Below are positions 49,178-59,537 of a stretch of 64,000 bases of DNA, piece after piece. The notes below the pieces were generated by a model, which saw only the letters and a list, made by a program, of their open reading frames with translations, had not been told where the DNA came from and made no database searches. Both the position numbers and the translations under genes were made by a program. Origin of the DNA: Thermoanaerobaculia bacterium (GTDB lineage: Bacteria > Acidobacteriota > Thermoanaerobaculia > Gp7-AA8); assembly GCA_038230535.1 (NCBI GenBank), contig JBBRNB010000009.1:7729-71728 (forward strand). Direction: 5' to 3'. Each line of letters starts with the position of its first letter. Position 1 is the first letter of the stretch.

Positions 49178-51607
49178 ATGCTCATCCGTTACATTTGTAT
49201 CCATGGCCACTTCTACCAGCCCCCGCGGGAAAACCCGTGGCTGGAGGCGGTAGAGACGCAGGACTCGGCGTCGCCGTATCACGACTGGAACGAGCGGGTC
49301 ACAGTGGAGTGCTACGGGCCGAACGCATCGTCGCGCATCCTCGACGCGCGCGAGCGAATCGTCAAGATCGTCAACAACTACTCCGCGATCAGCTTCAACT
49401 TCGGCCCGACGCTATTGTCGTGGCTGGAACAGCGTCAGCCCGAGACGTACGGGGCGATCATCGATGCGGACCGCGCCAGCCAGGAGCGCTTCGGCGGTCA
49501 TGGCTCCGCGATCGCACAAGCCTACAACCACATGATCATGCCGCTGGCGAATGCGCGCGACCAGCAAACGCAGGTGCGCTGGGGCATTCGCGACTTCGAG
49601 CAGCGTTTTCGAAGAAAACCGGAGGGGATGTGGCTGCCGGAGACGGCGGTCGACGTCGCGTCGCTCGAAGCGCTGGCCGCCGAGGGGATGGCATTCACGA
49701 TCCTCGAACCGCATCAGGCCTTGCGGTGGCGAAAGATCGGCGATCAGGACTGGACCGAGAGGGCCCGCGCGATCGATCCGACGATGCCCTATCGCTGCAA
49801 CCTGCCCTCCGGCCGGTCGATCGTCCTCTTCTTCTACGATGGTCCGATCTCGCGCGCCGTAGCCTTCGAGCGCCTGCTCGGACGCGGGGAGGATCTCGCT
49901 CACCGTCTTCTCGGCGCATTCGTGGAGGGACGCACGCACCCGCAACTCGTCAACATCGCCACAGATGGCGAGACGTACGGCCACCACCATAAGAAGGGCG
50001 ACATGGCTCTGGCATATGCGCTCGACTACATCGATGAGCAGAAGCTTTCACGGATCATGAACTATGGGCAGTTCCTCGCCGATGTTCAGCCTACGCATGA
50101 AGTCGAGATCATCGAGCGGACGGCCTGGAGCTGCGATCACAGTCTGGGCCGCTGGGAGCGGGACTGTGGCTGCAGCAACGGTGGCGACGCCGGATGGAAC
50201 CAGCAATGGCGGACACCTCTCCGCTCCGCACTGGACTGGCTTCGCGACGAATGCACCGCCATCTTCGAATCGCATGGCTCCGGTCTGCTTCACGAGCCCT
50301 GGCAGGCGCGCGACGACTACATCAGCGTCGTGCTCGACCGTTCGGAAGACAACGTCGACCGTTTCCTGACGCAACACGCCGTCGATGACAGCCGGGCAAG
50401 GGTGACCGCTCTGGAGTTGCTGGAGATGCAGCGCAACGCCATGCTCATGTACACGAGCTGTGGCTGGTTCTTCAGCGACATCTCGGGAATCGAGACCGTG
50501 CAAGTGCTGCACTACGCCGGCCGTGTCATCCAGCTTGCGGAAAAGGTATCGGGCCGCAGCCTCGAGCCGGACTTTCTCGACCGCATCGCCTCCGCGCGCA
50601 GCAACCTGGTGCAACAGGGCGATGCCCGGCTCATCTACGAGCGCGACGTCACGCCGATGCGGGTTGATCTCCGCCGCCTGGCGGCGCACTACGCCGTCGC
50701 TTCGCTCTTCGACAACTTCGCACACGATGACCGCGTCTATTGCTATCGCGTCCGCCAGGACGATTTCGACTCGTTCCGCGCCGGCCGCGCCCGGATGGCC
50801 ATCGGATCGATCACCGTTACGTCGCTCATCACGCGGGAAGAATCGTCGTTCGAGTTCACGGTGATCCACCTCGGCGAGACGGAGCTGACCGGAGGTGTGC
50901 GGCTCGCGTCGCCGGCGCCGGAACAGTACGAGGCCATGAAGCGCGGTCTCAGCGAAGACATGCGCCTCAACGGGGTCTCATCCGTGATCCGCGTGCTGGG
51001 CAGGTATTTCGAGGAGCCGCTGCTGTCGATCCGTGCACTCTTCCGTGACGAGCAGCGCCGCATCCTCAATCTGCTCTGCGACGCCACGCTGAGTGAGGCG
51101 GAGAGCGCGTTCCGCCAACTGCACGAGCGCTACGATCCATTGATGCGTTTCCACGCCGCGCTCGGCGTTCCGCTTCCGAAGGTGTTGCGAACGGCGGCCG
51201 AGTTCGACGTCAACATGCAGATCCGCAGGATGGCGTCGGCCGGCGAATTGCCGCTCGGCGATATCGAATCGCGCCTCCGCGAGTCGCGTGACGAAGGGGT
51301 CGTGCTCGATGAGACGACGCTCATGTCGCTGACCCACGCCGTCGAGGGTGCGGCCGGAGATTTTTCGATCAGCCACGACAATCTGGAACTGCTCGAACGC
51401 TGGGAGACGCTCGTGGCCATCGTTCGTGAGGCCGGCATCGACGTGAATCTGCGCCGGCCTCAGAATGACTACTACCGCCTGATGAAGACCGTCCGGCCGG
51501 TGATTGCAGTGAACGCCGGCAACGGCTCGTCGAGCGCGAATCGCTGGTTGCAGCACTTTGACGCGCTGGGCGAGACGCTTTCGATCAGCCCGGAAGCGAG
51601 AGGGTGA
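49178..51607 (+). CDS. Glycoside hydrolase family 57 / DUF3536 protein
   Basis: IHGHFYQPPRENPW, FGPTLL, YNH.I.PL, GMWLPET, ATDGETYGHH, WSC.H...RW..DCGC, MYTSCGWFF. Confidence 0.93.
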   Translation: MLIRYICIHGHFYQPPRENPWLEAVETQDSASPYHDWNERVTVECYGPNASSRILDARERIVKIVNNYSAISFNFGPTLLSWLEQRQPETYGAIIDADRASQERFGGHGSAIAQAYNHMIMPLANARDQQTQVRWGIRDFEQRFRRKPEGMWLPETAVDVASLEALAAEGMAFTILEPHQALRWRKIGDQDWTERARAIDPTMPYRCNLPSGRSIVLFFYDGPISRAVAFERLLGRGEDLAHRLLGAFVEGRTHPQLVNIATDGETYGHHHKKGDMALAYALDYIDEQKLSRIMNYGQFLADVQPTHEVEIIERTAWSCDHSLGRWERDCGCSNGGDAGWNQQWRTPLRSALDWLRDECTAIFESHGSGLLHEPWQARDDYISVVLDRSEDNVDRFLTQHAVDDSRARVTALELLEMQRNAMLMYTSCGWFFSDISGIETVQVLHYAGRVIQLAEKVSGRSLEPDFLDRIASARSNLVQQGDARLIYERDVTPMRVDLRRLAAHYAVASLFDNFAHDDRVYCYRVRQDDFDSFRAGRARMAIGSITVTSLITREESSFEFTVIHLGETELTGGVRLASPAPEQYEAMKRGLSEDMRLNGVSSVIRVLGRYFEEPLLSIRALFRDEQRRILNLLCDATLSEAESAFRQLHERYDPLMRFHAALGVPLPKVLRTAAEFDVNMQIRRMASAGELPLGDIESRLRESRDEGVVLDETTLMSLTHAVEGAAGDFSISHDNLELLERWETLVAIVREAGIDVNLRRPQNDYYRLMKTVRPVIAVNAGNGSSSANRWLQHFDALGETLSISPEARG

Positions 51608-51652
51608 ATGTCTTTGGATCGTGGCTTCGGCGCTACGATTGAGCACTGATAG

Positions 51653-53164
51653 ATGACCCACACCTCCGCTCCCGAACCCCGGAACACTGACCGCACCGCG
51701 GGAGTACTCCTCCACCCCACGTCCCTCCCCGGCCGTTTCGGCATCGGCGACCTCGGCGACGAGATGCTGGCGTTTCTTGAATGGGTGCAACGCGCGGGGC
51801 TCGGCATCTGGCAGGTGTTGCCGCTCAACGCACCGGGCTACGGCAACTCACCGTATGGATGCCTCTCGTCGTACGCAGGCAATCCGTTGCTGATCTCACC
51901 GCAACGCTTGCTCGAAGGCGGGTTACTGCCGGATGACGCGCTGAACGATATGCCGGAGCTGCCGGCGGACGTTGATTTCGAACGCGTCAAGGCGCTGAAA
52001 CACGGTCTGCTGCAACGCTCCTATGAACACTTTGCCGAGCATGCCTCGGCCGAACAACGGCAGGCGTTAATTGGTTTCGCGCGGGACAACCCCTGGCTAT
52101 TGGACTGGACGCTCTACGCCGCGCTGAAAGAGCAGCAAAGCGGCAAACCATGGACGGTATGGCCGGACGGTCTGGCCGCGCGCGCGCGAAATGCAATGGC
52201 CGACGCCCGTTTCGAGCTGGCGGAGGAGATTCGTTTTCACGAGTACGTCCAGTGGCTGTTCTTCGAACAATGGTCGGCCGTCCGGGACGCCGCCTACGCG
52301 CGCGGCATCCGCATCATGGGCGACGTGCCGATCTACGTTGCCGCTGACAGCGCCGACGTCTGGGCGAACCGTGAGATCTTCCATCTCGACGAACACGGCG
52401 AGCCGGATGTCGTCGCCGGCGTGCCGCCGGACTACTTCAGCGAGACCGGACAACGTTGGGGCAATCCCCTCTATCGCTGGGATCTGCTTCACGAGACGAA
52501 CTACCGCTGGTGGGTGTCACGCATCCGCGCCGCACTCCGTTTCGCCGATGTCCTTCGCATCGACCACTTCCGCGGCTTTGCCGCGTATTGGGAGATCCCG
52601 GCCAGCGAGACCACGGCAATCAACGGCCACTGGATGCCCGGACCCGGTATCGCTCTCTTTGACGCCGTCCGCGATGCCCTTGGCGAGTTGCCGCTCGTCG
52701 CTGAGGACCTCGGATTCATTACTCCGGAAGTCCACGAGCTGCGAACGGCCATCGGTCTGCCGGGGATGAAGATCCTGCAATTCGCGTTCGCACAGGAAAA
52801 CAGTCCGCATCTACCGCATCACTACGATCCGATGACGGTCGTCTACACCGGCACGCACGACAACGATACGGCGCGTGGCTGGTACGAGAACGCGGCCGAG
52901 AGAGAGCGTGAAACCGTGTCGGCATATCTGGGCGTCATCGACGCCGGCGACATCGCCTGGACTCTGATCCGCGCCGCTTACACCTCAGTCGCCGAAACTG
53001 CGATCGTCCCGGTGCAGGACATCCTCGACCTCGGCAGCGCCGCTCGCATGAACCGCCCCGGAGCCGAACACGACAACTGGTCGTGGCGCCTGCCAGACGG
53101 TGCGCTCACCAACGAGCACGCCGATCGCCTGCGCAAGCTGGCCGAGGTATCCGGGAGGGTTTGA
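51653..53164 (+). CDS. malQ: 4-alpha-glucanotransferase (amylomaltase, GH77)
   Basis: GVLLHPTSLP, WQVLPL, GD.PIYV, GVPPDYFS.TGQ.WGNP, RIDHFRG, AEDLG, YTGTHDNDT. Confidence 0.97.
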   Translation: MTHTSAPEPRNTDRTAGVLLHPTSLPGRFGIGDLGDEMLAFLEWVQRAGLGIWQVLPLNAPGYGNSPYGCLSSYAGNPLLISPQRLLEGGLLPDDALNDMPELPADVDFERVKALKHGLLQRSYEHFAEHASAEQRQALIGFARDNPWLLDWTLYAALKEQQSGKPWTVWPDGLAARARNAMADARFELAEEIRFHEYVQWLFFEQWSAVRDAAYARGIRIMGDVPIYVAADSADVWANREIFHLDEHGEPDVVAGVPPDYFSETGQRWGNPLYRWDLLHETNYRWWVSRIRAALRFADVLRIDHFRGFAAYWEIPASETTAINGHWMPGPGIALFDAVRDALGELPLVAEDLGFITPEVHELRTAIGLPGMKILQFAFAQENSPHLPHHYDPMTVVYTGTHDNDTARGWYENAAERERETVSAYLGVIDAGDIAWTLIRAAYTSVAETAIVPVQDILDLGSAARMNRPGAEHDNWSWRLPDGALTNEHADRLRKLAEVSGRV

Positions 53165-53284
53165 GCGCCTTAGCGATGCTGGCCTGCACTGCGCTGTCGC
53201 AACACGGGGGGCGGCTCAGCGCAGTTGAGCCCTATGAATCACCATCCATGTCGTAACCCAGGGTTTTCGCGGCGGCCGTCGCCC

Positions 53285-53312
53285 GTAGGGCCCAGCCGCG
53301 CTGGGCCGAACC
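53285..53312. repeat. Single GTAG-type REP (family of 1225-1341)
   Basis: GTAGGGCCCAGCCGCGCTGGGCCGAACC. Confidence 0.75.
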
Positions 53313-53350
53313 CCCGTGCGTGGCAAAGACCCGTGCTGCGAGCTACCGCT

Positions 53351-53908
53351 TCAAGCTTCGAAGATTCGGTTGAGTCTGATCTCGAGGCCGGGAAGAAAGG
53401 AAGAGGTGAGAGTGTCGTCGCCGGACAGCTCTACTGCGCGCTCGTAACGTCCCGAGGCATTGCGCCGGAAGATCCGAACGTCGTCCGCGACCGGATCGAT
53501 GATCCAGTATTCAGGGACGCCGGTGCGCTCGTAGAGCGTGCGCTTGGTTACTTCGTCGTACTTACGATTCGAGTCAGAGAGGATTTCGACGAGGAGGTCC
53601 GGTGATCCCTGGATGTTCTTCGTCGTGAGGATCTCGAGATGCTCACTGCTGATGAAGATCAGGTCGGGCTCGACGACGTCGTATCGTGTGAACACGACGT
53701 CGAACGGCGCGTGGAAGAGTTTTCCGACTGGATGTTCGCGCAGGTAAATGCCAATCTCGACGATGAGGTTGTAGGAAACCCGTTGGTGCTTTGTAATTGG
53801 TGATGCGTTCACGTAGTGCTCCCCATCGATGATCTCGTGGCGGAGACCGTCCTCAGGGAGCAGGAGCAAGTCCTCATAGGTCATCTTTGTCGAAGTCGCA
53901 GACGCCAT
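53351..53908 (-). CDS. Uma2 family (DUF820) PD-(D/E)XK endonuclease, copy 1
   Basis: E.IDG.....SP...HQ, EPDL, PDL.VEILS, K..LY...GVPEYWIIDP. Confidence 0.93.
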   Translation of the reverse strand: MASATSTKMTYEDLLLLPEDGLRHEIIDGEHYVNASPITKHQRVSYNLIVEIGIYLREHPVGKLFHAPFDVVFTRYDVVEPDLIFISSEHLEILTTKNIQGSPDLLVEILSDSNRKYDEVTKRTLYERTGVPEYWIIDPVADDVRIFRRNASGRYERAVELSGDDTLTSSFLPGLEIRLNRIFEA

Positions 53909-54013
53909 AGAGGTAGTCTACGCCTTCTCCACACTTCGCCACTGCTGCCAGCGAGCGAGCTGCCGCCTTGATTGGGAATCGAGTCGGACCTCACTCGCGC
54001 TCGATTCGCGGTT

Positions 54014-54571
54014 TCAGGCTGCGAAGATGCGGTCGAGTCTGATCTCGAGGCCCGGAAAAAGGGGAGAAGTGAGCGTGTCGTCGCCGGACAGCTCGACGGC
54101 GCGCTCGTAACGTCCCGAAGCATTGCGCCGGAAGATCCGAACGTCGTCGGCGACCGGATCGATGATCCAGTATTCGGGGACGCCTGTGCGTTCGTAGAGG
54201 GCGCGCTTGGTTACTTCGTCGTATTTGCGATTCGAATCGGAGAGTATTTCGATGAGCAGATCCGGTGAGCCCTGAATGTTTTTCGTTGTGAGAATCTCTC
54301 GTCTCTCGTTGCTGATGAAGATCAGGTCGGGCTCGACGACATCGTATCGGGAGAAGACGACGTCGAACGGAGCGTGGAAAAGCACCCCCACTTGATGTTC
54401 CTCGAGGTAGTTGCCGATGGCAAGGATGAGTCGATAGGAAACCCGTTGGTGCTTTGTAATCGGTGATGCGTTCACGTAGTGCTCCCCATCGATGATCTCG
54501 TGGCGGAGACCGTCCTCAGGGAGCAGGAGCAAGTCCTCATAGGTCATCTTTGTCGAAGTCGCAGACGCCAT
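54014..54571 (-). CDS. Uma2 family (DUF820) endonuclease, copy 2 (tandem paralog)
   Basis: Same motifs; about 18 of 185 residues differ from copy 1 by manual comparison. Confidence 0.93.
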   Translation of the reverse strand: MASATSTKMTYEDLLLLPEDGLRHEIIDGEHYVNASPITKHQRVSYRLILAIGNYLEEHQVGVLFHAPFDVVFSRYDVVEPDLIFISNERREILTTKNIQGSPDLLIEILSDSNRKYDEVTKRALYERTGVPEYWIIDPVADDVRIFRRNASGRYERAVELSGDDTLTSPLFPGLEIRLDRIFAA

Positions 54572-54580
54572 GGAGGTAGT

Positions 54581-56527
54581 CTACGCCTTCTCCGACCTCC
54601 GGCTACCGACTCCCGGCTCCCTCTCAACGTCACTCATCAGAAACACCGCTCCCAACGGTGGAAGCGTCAGGTTGACCGACCATTTGCGGCCGTGCAATGG
54701 GATCGGAGCGGCGTCAACTCCTCCCATGTTTCCCTGACCGCTGCCGCCGTAAAGCAACGCGTCGCTGTTCAGTACTTCGACCCAGTGCCCGCCGGAGGGA
54801 ACGCCGATCATGTAGTTGTAGCGCGGCAGAGGCGTGAAGTTCAGAGCCACGATGACAGGCTGCTCCGGATGCAGTTTCGATTTCCGCAACAGGACGGCGA
54901 TACTGTTCTCCGCGTCGTGGCAGTCGATCCACTCGAAGCCTTCCGGCGAGAAGTCGAGCTCGTGCAGCGCCGGGATATCACGGTAGGCCTTGTTGAGATC
55001 TTCGACCCATCGATGCAAGCCAGCGTTCGGCGGCGCATCGAGCAGGCTCCAATCGAGGCTGGCATCGTGATTCCACTCGCGCCACTGGCCGAATTCACCG
55101 CCCATGAACATCAGTTTCTTGGCCGGCTGGGAGTACATGTGAGCGAAGAGCAGCCGCAGGTTCGCGAACCGCCGCCACTCATCGCCCGGCATCTTGCGTA
55201 TCAGCGAGCCCTTTCCGTGGACAACCTCGTCGTGCGACAACGGCAGCACGAAGTTCTCCGTGAAGGCATACATCCCTCGAAACGTCAGATCGGTCTGATG
55301 GAACTTGCGGTGAACGGGGTCGAGCGCGAAGTAGCGCAGCGTGTCGTGCATCCATCCCATGTCCCACTTCATCCCGAACCCGAGCCCTCCAACGTACACC
55401 GGCCGCGACACCATCGGCCACGACGTCGACTCCTCGGCGATGACCTGCACATCAGGATGCGCTTTGTAGACGTCCTCGTTGAGCCGCCGCAGAAAGGTGA
55501 TGGCTTCGAGATTCTCGCGCCCGCCGAACTCGTTTGGAATCCACTGGCCCTCTTTGCGCGAGTAGTCGAGGTAAAGCATCGATGCCACCGCATCGACGCG
55601 CAGCCCGTCGGCGTGGAAGATGCCGATCCAGTAGAGAGCGCTCGACAGCAGGAATGAGCGGACCTCGTTGCGGCCGTAGTTGAAGACCAGCGATCCCCAG
55701 TCGGGCTGGAACCCTTTCCGCGGATCGGCGTGCTCGTAGAGATGAGTACCGTCGAAGTAGGAGAGCCCGTGCTCGTCCGTGGGGAAGTGCGACGGGACCC
55801 AGTCGAGGATGACGCCGATGCCGTTCTGGTGCAGCACGTCGATGAGGTACATCAGATCCTGCGGCGTGCCGTACCGGCTGGTGGCGGCAAAGTAGCCGGT
55901 ACACTGATAGCCCCAGGAACCGTAGAACGGATGCTCCATCACCGGCAGCAGCTCCACGTGGGTGAAGTTCATCTTGCGCAGGTAGTCGGAGAGCGGACCG
56001 GCCAGCTCGCGGTAAGTGAGCGGCCTGTCTCCGTCCCGTCTCCACGACCCGATGTGCATCTCGTACATCGACATCGGCGCCGTGAAGGAGTTGCGATCCG
56101 CGCGATGACGCATCCATTCGTCATCGCGCCATTCGTAGTCGAGGTCCCAGACCACCGAGGCCGTGTCGGGTGGTGTCTGGTGAAGGATGCCGACGGGATC
56201 AGCCTTGTCGACACGATAGCCATTGTGCTTCGAGCGGATGTGGAACTTGTAGAGCGCTCCCTTGCCGGCGTTCGGCACAAATCCTTCCCAGATACCTGAA
56301 GGACCGCGATCCGCGAGGTAGTGCTGTTCCGGATTCCAGCCGTTCCAGTCGCCCATCACGCTGACCGAAGCCGCATTCGGCGCCCAGACCGCGAACATCG
56401 TCCCGTTGCTGACGACATGCGCGCCAAGCTTCTCCCAGAGCCGGTTGTGGCTCCCTTCGTTGAAGAGGTGGAAGTCCCAATCGCTGAGGAGGGAGGGGGA
56501 TTCGCTACTGGTCGTCATCAAGCCCAT
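54581..56527 (-). CDS. glgB: 1,4-alpha-glucan branching enzyme (GH13)
   Basis: F.VWAPNA, YEMH.GSW, SWGYQ.TGY, DWVP.HFP, RVDAVASMLY, IAEEST, LSHDEVVHGK; start uncertain (56527 or 56518). Confidence 0.97.
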   Translation of the reverse strand: MGLMTTSSESPSLLSDWDFHLFNEGSHNRLWEKLGAHVVSNGTMFAVWAPNAASVSVMGDWNGWNPEQHYLADRGPSGIWEGFVPNAGKGALYKFHIRSKHNGYRVDKADPVGILHQTPPDTASVVWDLDYEWRDDEWMRHRADRNSFTAPMSMYEMHIGSWRRDGDRPLTYRELAGPLSDYLRKMNFTHVELLPVMEHPFYGSWGYQCTGYFAATSRYGTPQDLMYLIDVLHQNGIGVILDWVPSHFPTDEHGLSYFDGTHLYEHADPRKGFQPDWGSLVFNYGRNEVRSFLLSSALYWIGIFHADGLRVDAVASMLYLDYSRKEGQWIPNEFGGRENLEAITFLRRLNEDVYKAHPDVQVIAEESTSWPMVSRPVYVGGLGFGMKWDMGWMHDTLRYFALDPVHRKFHQTDLTFRGMYAFTENFVLPLSHDEVVHGKGSLIRKMPGDEWRRFANLRLLFAHMYSQPAKKLMFMGGEFGQWREWNHDASLDWSLLDAPPNAGLHRWVEDLNKAYRDIPALHELDFSPEGFEWIDCHDAENSIAVLLRKSKLHPEQPVIVALNFTPLPRYNYMIGVPSGGHWVEVLNSDALLYGGSGQGNMGGVDAAPIPLHGRKWSVNLTLPPLGAVFLMSDVEREPGVGSRRSEKA

Positions 56528-57034
56528 CGTGTCGCGCTGACGGTTCCGATAGCAAGCGGCGCGCCGCCCTGTCATGCCGAGCGACGCGAGGAATCCCCAG
56601 CAGGGCTGACGCGACGGGGATGTTGATTCGAGTGCCGATGGGCGGTGGTCAGGCGCAATTGGACAAAGACACCGCCCGCTGACGTCCAGCGTCAGGGACA
56701 TCGTTAGCTAAGCTAAAGTCAAGCGAACGTGAATGTTACGACCCGTCGAAGACGACAGCGCGACCGTGGAAGCGGACATCGCGACCAGGTCGCATCAAGG
56801 GGAAACCATTGATCCAATGAAGGTTACAACGCGCGGGAGTATGGCAAGTCTCGGAGTCGCTGTGCAGTGCTGCACTCGTAAATCTATGTAATTGCGCGAG
56901 TTGCGTTCGAAATAGATCACTGCGCGAAAGACCGAAGGCCTGCGCGGTTCCCGGGTGTAGCGTCTCGTCGACGTGGTAATGCACGTGCGTCGCCAGCGGG
57001 CAGGGTTGCGTTGCATAGCGAGTAGAATTCGAGC

Positions 57035-57226
57035 ATGACCGTGAAGGAGCAAGTCGTTCACAGCGACCAGGAGATCATGGGCGGCGAGCTCGTATTCGTT
57101 GGGACTCGCGTGCCCGTCTACAACCTGTTCGACTATCTCGAGGCCGGCGACTCGCTGGATGAGTTTCTGGAGCAGTTCCCCTCGGTCAGCCGCAAGCAGG
57201 CAATCGCTGCACTCTCATCGAAGTAA
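57035..57226 (+). CDS. DUF433 domain protein (antitoxin-like), orphan and possibly 3'-truncated
   Basis: D.EIMGG..VF.GTRVPV..L.DYLE.G.SLDEFL..FP; TAGAAT-N6-ATG promoter. Confidence 0.85.
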   Translation: MTVKEQVVHSDQEIMGGELVFVGTRVPVYNLFDYLEAGDSLDEFLEQFPSVSRKQAIAALSSK

Positions 57227-57254
57227 CCCGTTGACTGTCGGTTGACGTACGTCG

Positions 57255-57581
57255 TCAGCCCACGTTCACTGCGGCCCCTGCCGCCGAGGCTTGCTCTTGA
57301 CGATGCTTCTCCGCGAAGGCGATGAGCTGTTGGGATGATGCTCCGGCAATGGCGACAAAGCCGTATCCGAGGCCGCTGAGAGTGTTATGCCAGCGGATGG
57401 CGCCGGTGGTTGGATCGAGGCAATAAACCTCGCCCTCGGTGGCCGCGACGAGCTCCGATCCGTCGATGACGATGTTGACAAAGTCAGAGCCGGACAACTT
57501 TGACCTCCAGAGCTCAGTGCCTGTGGTTCGGTCCAGCGCGACGACGGTGCCTTTGATTCCGACGAAGATTCTGTCGTTCAT
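57255..57581 (-). CDS. Small PQQ-type beta-propeller repeat protein
   Basis: G.VVALD..TG.ELWR and GEVYCLDP.TG.IRW; GGAG SD upstream of MNDRIF. Confidence 0.82.
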   Translation of the reverse strand: MNDRIFVGIKGTVVALDRTTGTELWRSKLSGSDFVNIVIDGSELVAATEGEVYCLDPTTGAIRWHNTLSGLGYGFVAIAGASSQQLIAFAEKHRQEQASAAGAAVNVG

Positions 57582-57616
57582 AAAATCACTCCAAAACTCA
57601 CTATGGTAGGACGCTT

Positions 57617-59500
57617 TCAGACCGTAGCAAGTACCCGCAGCACTTCCCCCACGCTCCACGCCTGCGCGATGCAGCCGCGCGGGGTATGGGGAGCGTCGCC
57701 GTCGAAGATCTCGCTGATGGTGCCGGCTCCGGCTTCGGACAGATGAGCGTGCATGTTCGCGATAAGACCGCGCGCGGATTCGCGTCCGGATTCGCCTCGA
57801 TAGCGAAGCAGCGCGTCGATGTAAGCGCCGAGGAGCCAGGGCCAGACGGTTCCCTGGTGGTAGGCGGTGTCGCGAGAATGTTGATCGCCGGTGATCTGAC
57901 CGCGGTAGTGCGGATCGGTGGGCGCGAGCGTCCGTAGTCCGACCGGGGTGAGGAGCTGTGTCTCGCAAACGTGGAGGATCTGCTCGGCGCGAACGTCGTC
58001 GAAGAGAGCGAACGGCAGAGCGATGGCGAAAAGCTGGTTCGGACGGATCGATGCGTCGTTCGGGTTCACGACGTCGAAGCAGCACAACGAGTCGCGATTC
58101 CAGAATGCCGCTTCGAACGACTCCCGCACCGTGTCCGCTCGTGACGAGAGCGCGGAATCGCCGGTGAGCGCAGCTACGATCCGGAGGGCGTTGTACCAGA
58201 GGGCGTTGACCTCCACCGGCTTTCCCCGGCGTGGCGTCACCGCTTCTCCGTCGACAATCGCGTCCATCCACGTCAGCGCCACTCCGTTTGCGCCAGCGTA
58301 TAGCAGGCTGTCGAGGCCGGATTGGATGTTGAAGCGCGTGCCTCGATCGAGCCAGTCGATGGCCTGACGGAGTACGGGCAAGGCCTCATCCCGCACGAAA
58401 CGCTCGTCGTTCGCCGCTTCACGGTATCGCCAGATGGCGACGAACAGCCAGAGGCCCGCATCGACCGAATTGAACTCCGGCTCTGTCGTGCCATCCGGAA
58501 AACGATTCGGGATCATCCCCTTGCTCGCGGCGGCCAGCCATCGTCGAAGGATCTGTTTCGCATCGTCGAAACGGCCGGTGGCCAGGCAGAGCCCGGGCAA
58601 CGCGATCATCGTGTCCCGCCCCCAGTCTGTGAACCAGTGATAGCCGGCGATGATGGTCTTCTTGTCGTTGTCGCGATCGATGAGGAATTGATCGGCGGCG
58701 AGAAGGAGCTCGGGAGTCGGGAGCCGGGGGTCGGGAGTCGGAGAAGTTGGTCCCGGAGATTGTTCGCTCCGACCTCCTATGACTCTCTCCCTCCGAGCTC
58801 TCTCCTCCCCGATCATCTCGAGCGCATTCCAGTCACCGTTCTCCGTGGCCAGAATGACGGGCAGTAGATCGCCGCGCCGGAGTGTCACAACGTACGAGCC
58901 GGGGATGAAGAGATCCTCTTCGCAGTCGAGCCCGCGCTCGCGCTCGCGGTCGTAGACGAACCGCTTCCAGCAGTCAGGTTTCGGCTCGAACCTCGCGCCC
59001 GGAACGTCGATGTGTATGTATGGGAGTGCCGCGTCGGAGCAGTGGATGAGCGAGTGGTAATCGCGGCCGGCCAGGAACGGCGAGAGGCGGAGCTCGAACG
59101 GAGACTGGCACTCGATGACTTCGTAGAGTACGACCGTCATGTTCCTGCCGTGTGGCGCGACGACCGTCTTCCGCAGGTTGACGCCGCCGGCGTTGTACTC
59201 CCACACCGGAAAGATGCCGCGGGAGAACGACACGAGATGCTCGAAGCCGCACGGGTGGACGCACCCCGGGAAGCGGTTGGAGGCGAGGTCGATGCCGGCC
59301 ACGCTCTCGTCGAGTTTCGATACGAGCACCGTTCGTTCCGTACGGCCCGGCGGTGCCGCGACGAGCATCCCGTGATAACGCCGGGTATTGGCGAATGTGA
59401 TTGACGATCCGGCCCAGCCTCCGAGACCGTTCGTCTCGATCCACTCGAGCTGTGAGGCTCGTTCGAAGTCGTGCAGAACGTCCGGGCCGAAAACGATCAT
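57617..59500 (-). CDS. Glycogen debranching enzyme (amylo-alpha-1,6-glucosidase)
   Basis: EW.ETNGLGG, TRRYHG, IAGYHWF.DWGRDTMI, TWMDA, GKPVEVNALWYN, IRPNQ, YHQGTVWPW, QAWSV. Confidence 0.95.
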   Translation of the reverse strand: MIVFGPDVLHDFERASQLEWIETNGLGGWAGSSITFANTRRYHGMLVAAPPGRTERTVLVSKLDESVAGIDLASNRFPGCVHPCGFEHLVSFSRGIFPVWEYNAGGVNLRKTVVAPHGRNMTVVLYEVIECQSPFELRLSPFLAGRDYHSLIHCSDAALPYIHIDVPGARFEPKPDCWKRFVYDRERERGLDCEEDLFIPGSYVVTLRRGDLLPVILATENGDWNALEMIGEERARRERVIGGRSEQSPGPTSPTPDPRLPTPELLLAADQFLIDRDNDKKTIIAGYHWFTDWGRDTMIALPGLCLATGRFDDAKQILRRWLAAASKGMIPNRFPDGTTEPEFNSVDAGLWLFVAIWRYREAANDERFVRDEALPVLRQAIDWLDRGTRFNIQSGLDSLLYAGANGVALTWMDAIVDGEAVTPRRGKPVEVNALWYNALRIVAALTGDSALSSRADTVRESFEAAFWNRDSLCCFDVVNPNDASIRPNQLFAIALPFALFDDVRAEQILHVCETQLLTPVGLRTLAPTDPHYRGQITGDQHSRDTAYHQGTVWPWLLGAYIDALLRYRGESGRESARGLIANMHAHLSEAGAGTISEIFDGDAPHTPRGCIAQAWSVGEVLRVLATV

Positions 59501-59537
59501 GTGCGAACTTTATGCTAACGATTCCAGGACTGCTCCA

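Noticed and set aside
53351-54571. Uma2 pair as a DGR template/variable repeat
   Set aside because: Both copies are intact genes, the differences are not evidently adenine-specific, and no reverse transcriptase is present.
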